Below are positions 23,777-25,949 of a stretch of DNA of 25,949 nucleotides, in pieces (position 1 is the first letter of the stretch; each line of letters opens with the position of its first letter). Below the pieces are notes generated by a model. It did no database searches and was not told the DNA's origin. It saw only the letters and a program-made list of their open reading frames with translations. Position numbers and translations under genes: made by a program. The stretch is taken from positions 1 to 25,949 of IMG/VR virus record IMGVR_UViG_3300017722_000321; one strand, written 5' to 3'. Source of the DNA: a virus (lineage: Duplodnaviria > Caudoviricetes).

Positions 23777-25549
23777 ATGGCGGTTGCTAAAAAGTTCTCG
23801 GCTAGAACTACATCGTTAGCTTCCCCTATTGGTGGTTGGAACGCAAGGGATTCTTTAGCTGAAATGCAACCGTTAGATGCGGTGCAACTAATTAACTTCT
23901 TTCCTACCCCTACCGATGTGACCCTTAGAAAAGGCTATTCACGAGCATCCATAGGCATTACGGGGGAAGTAGAAACCCTAATGAATTACGCTGGATATGA
24001 TGGCACAAATACCCTTTTTGCCGTAGCCAACGGAACGATATATAACGCATCAACTTCTACTGCTACTGTTGCATTTACAGGGCTGGCTAATAGCAGATTC
24101 CAGCATTGCATGATTAGTACCGATGGCGGTAACTTTATTATTGCTGTAAACGGTCAAGATTCGGCAATGGTTTATGACGGTACACGCTGGTTTAGGATGG
24201 CTACTACATCTACCGCACAGACTATTAGTACCATTACAAGAGGCGGTGCAGGTAATCTGACGGCTACCCTAACAACTGCTTCACCGCATGGCTTAGTAAC
24301 AGGAAACCGTGTCACCATTACAGGCGCAACAGAAGCCAATTACAACGGTACTTATGTCATTACCGTAACAGGTGCTTCAACCTTTACTTATACGATGGCT
24401 ACCGCACCTGCGGCAAACGCTACCGTAGTTGGCACTTATAGTGTTTTAGGCATAACAGGCGTAAACAGTAACACATTTGTTAATGTCAATATGTGCCAAA
24501 ACAGGCTTTTTTTCGTACAAAAAGACAGCATGACCTTTTGGTATTTGAATGTGGAATCTATTGCTGGCGCAGCTTTAGACTTCCCATTAGGGGCTATTGC
24601 AAGGTCAGGCGGTTTCCTGCAAGCAATGGGTACATGGACTTTAGACGCTGGTTACGGGGTAGACGATTTATCCGCTTTTGTTACAAGTATGGGTGAAGTC
24701 ATCGTTTATAAGGGTACAAACCCTAGCGATCCTACAAATTGGAGTGAAGTTGGCGTATGGCAATTAGGTCAAACCTTTAGCCGTAGGTGTTTCTTTAAGT
24801 TTGGTGGTGATTTACTGCTATTAACCCAAGACGGCCTAGTGCCAATGTCAGGCGCATTGCAATCGTCACGCTTAGACCCACGAATTAACCTAACCGATAA
24901 GATTTATTTTGCGGTAAGCCAAGCGGCAACGGTTTTCTATGCAGAATTTGGCTGGCAAATTAACTATTTTGCTAGTGAAAATATGCTGATTTTAAATATT
25001 CCTACTGGCACAGGCTTTGAGCAGTATGTAATGCACACCATTACTAAGTCTTGGGCTAGATTTACAGGGATAAACGCTATTTGCTGGGAAGTATCGGGAA
25101 ATAACAGGATTTTCTTTGGTGCTGACGGATATGTTGGCGAGTTCTATACCCAGCTTTCTGATAACGGCTCAAATATTGTTGCAACTGCACAGCAAGCGTA
25201 CAGCTATTTTGACAGCCGTGGACAGTTAAAACGCTTTACCCTAGTACGCCCTATCCTTCAGACCGATAACGGCTTACCGACTGTTCTATGCGGTATTAGC
25301 ACCGATTTTGATACCCAGCCATTGACCAATCAAATAGCCTTTAATCCTGCCACATTAGATATTGGTGTTTGGGACACAGGTATATGGGATGACGCTAACT
25401 GGGGTGGCAATTTAACTACCACTAAGTTTTGGCAAGGGGTTACAGGAACAGGCTTTGCTGGATCAATTAATATAAATGTTGCATCGCAAGGTATTGACTT
25501 TCATTGGGCATCAACCGACTATGTGATGGAAAACGGGGGCGTACTGTAA
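23777..25549 (+). CDS. Tail tubular B / P22 gp10-like head-closure protein
   Basis: 590 aa beta-propeller-like protein with PIGGWNARD and NRLFF motifs. Confidence 0.75.
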   Translation: MAVAKKFSARTTSLASPIGGWNARDSLAEMQPLDAVQLINFFPTPTDVTLRKGYSRASIGITGEVETLMNYAGYDGTNTLFAVANGTIYNASTSTATVAFTGLANSRFQHCMISTDGGNFIIAVNGQDSAMVYDGTRWFRMATTSTAQTISTITRGGAGNLTATLTTASPHGLVTGNRVTITGATEANYNGTYVITVTGASTFTYTMATAPAANATVVGTYSVLGITGVNSNTFVNVNMCQNRLFFVQKDSMTFWYLNVESIAGAALDFPLGAIARSGGFLQAMGTWTLDAGYGVDDLSAFVTSMGEVIVYKGTNPSDPTNWSEVGVWQLGQTFSRRCFFKFGGDLLLLTQDGLVPMSGALQSSRLDPRINLTDKIYFAVSQAATVFYAEFGWQINYFASENMLILNIPTGTGFEQYVMHTITKSWARFTGINAICWEVSGNNRIFFGADGYVGEFYTQLSDNGSNIVATAQQAYSYFDSRGQLKRFTLVRPILQTDNGLPTVLCGISTDFDTQPLTNQIAFNPATLDIGVWDTGIWDDANWGGNLTTTKFWQGVTGTGFAGSININVASQGIDFHWASTDYVMENGGVL

Positions 25550-25949
25550 TTGCTGTGTTTTGATAAAGACTTATTGGGGCCATTTATCGCCCAAAAGTTA
25601 AACACAGTATGGACACCTGAGAATTCCAGCACAATAGGCTGGGTAACAGATGAAATAGAATCAGTAGTTTGGTATGAGGATTTTAATAAAAGGTCAGTAA
25701 CTTGCCATATTTACCTAGAAAAAGGGTTAAATAAGCAATATTTACATACCATTTTTCATTATCCTTTTGTACAATTGGGGGTAGATAAGATAATTGCCCC
25801 AGTAATAAGTAGTAACGACAAGTCGGTAGAGTTTGTCAAGAAATTGGGGTTTGAGGAACAAGCACGATTACTTGATGTTTTTCCTACTGGAGATTTGTTG
25901 TTTTTTGTAATGTCAAAAGACAAATGTAGATTTTTAGGAGAAAGATATG
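25550..25949 (+). CDS. GNAT-fold acetyltransferase-like virion-module protein (partial)
   Basis: TTG start. Reads IFHYPFVQLG...SSNDKSVEFVKKLGFEEQARL and runs off the window end. Confidence 0.75.
   Translation, partial: MLCFDKDLLGPFIAQKLNTVWTPENSSTIGWVTDEIESVVWYEDFNKRSVTCHIYLEKGLNKQYLHTIFHYPFVQLGVDKIIAPVISSNDKSVEFVKKLGFEEQARLLDVFPTGDLLFFVMSKDKCRFLGERY

Overview
Continuous segment of a tailed dsDNA phage genome with a P22/podovirus-like head-tail module. A freshwater Betaproteobacteria host is my inference only. From left to right: a leftward recombination operon (PD-(D/E)XK exonuclease, SSB-like protein); a divergent Cro-like HTH gene with four TTAAG-N4-CTTAA operator-like palindromes but no CI gene; a ~350-nt structured non-coding region (a C4/P4-CI-like antisense attenuator followed by a second multi-stem RNA); an early operon (small membrane peptides, a replication-initiator C-terminal domain lacking an HTH, a Mom-like GNAT broken by an in-frame TAA, a Ref-like HNH, a PAPS-reductase-like enzyme); an inverted phosphoesterase plus SprT-like cassette; VRR-NUC, a Dps/ferritin-like protein, four small basic proteins and a ParB-methyltransferase; then TerS, TerL, portal, fibre, a GT9-like glycosyltransferase, scaffold, major capsid, decoration and adaptor proteins, an antisense NUMOD4-HNH endonuclease, a gp10-like tail protein and a partial GNAT. 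The best candidates for undescribed biology are (i) the attenuator-gated ncRNA upstream of a truncated initiator and (ii) a terminal R-[RK]-x-x-[IL]-x-x-x-hydrophobic peptide shared by the scaffold and the four small basic proteins. All protein calls come from motif recognition, not database searches.
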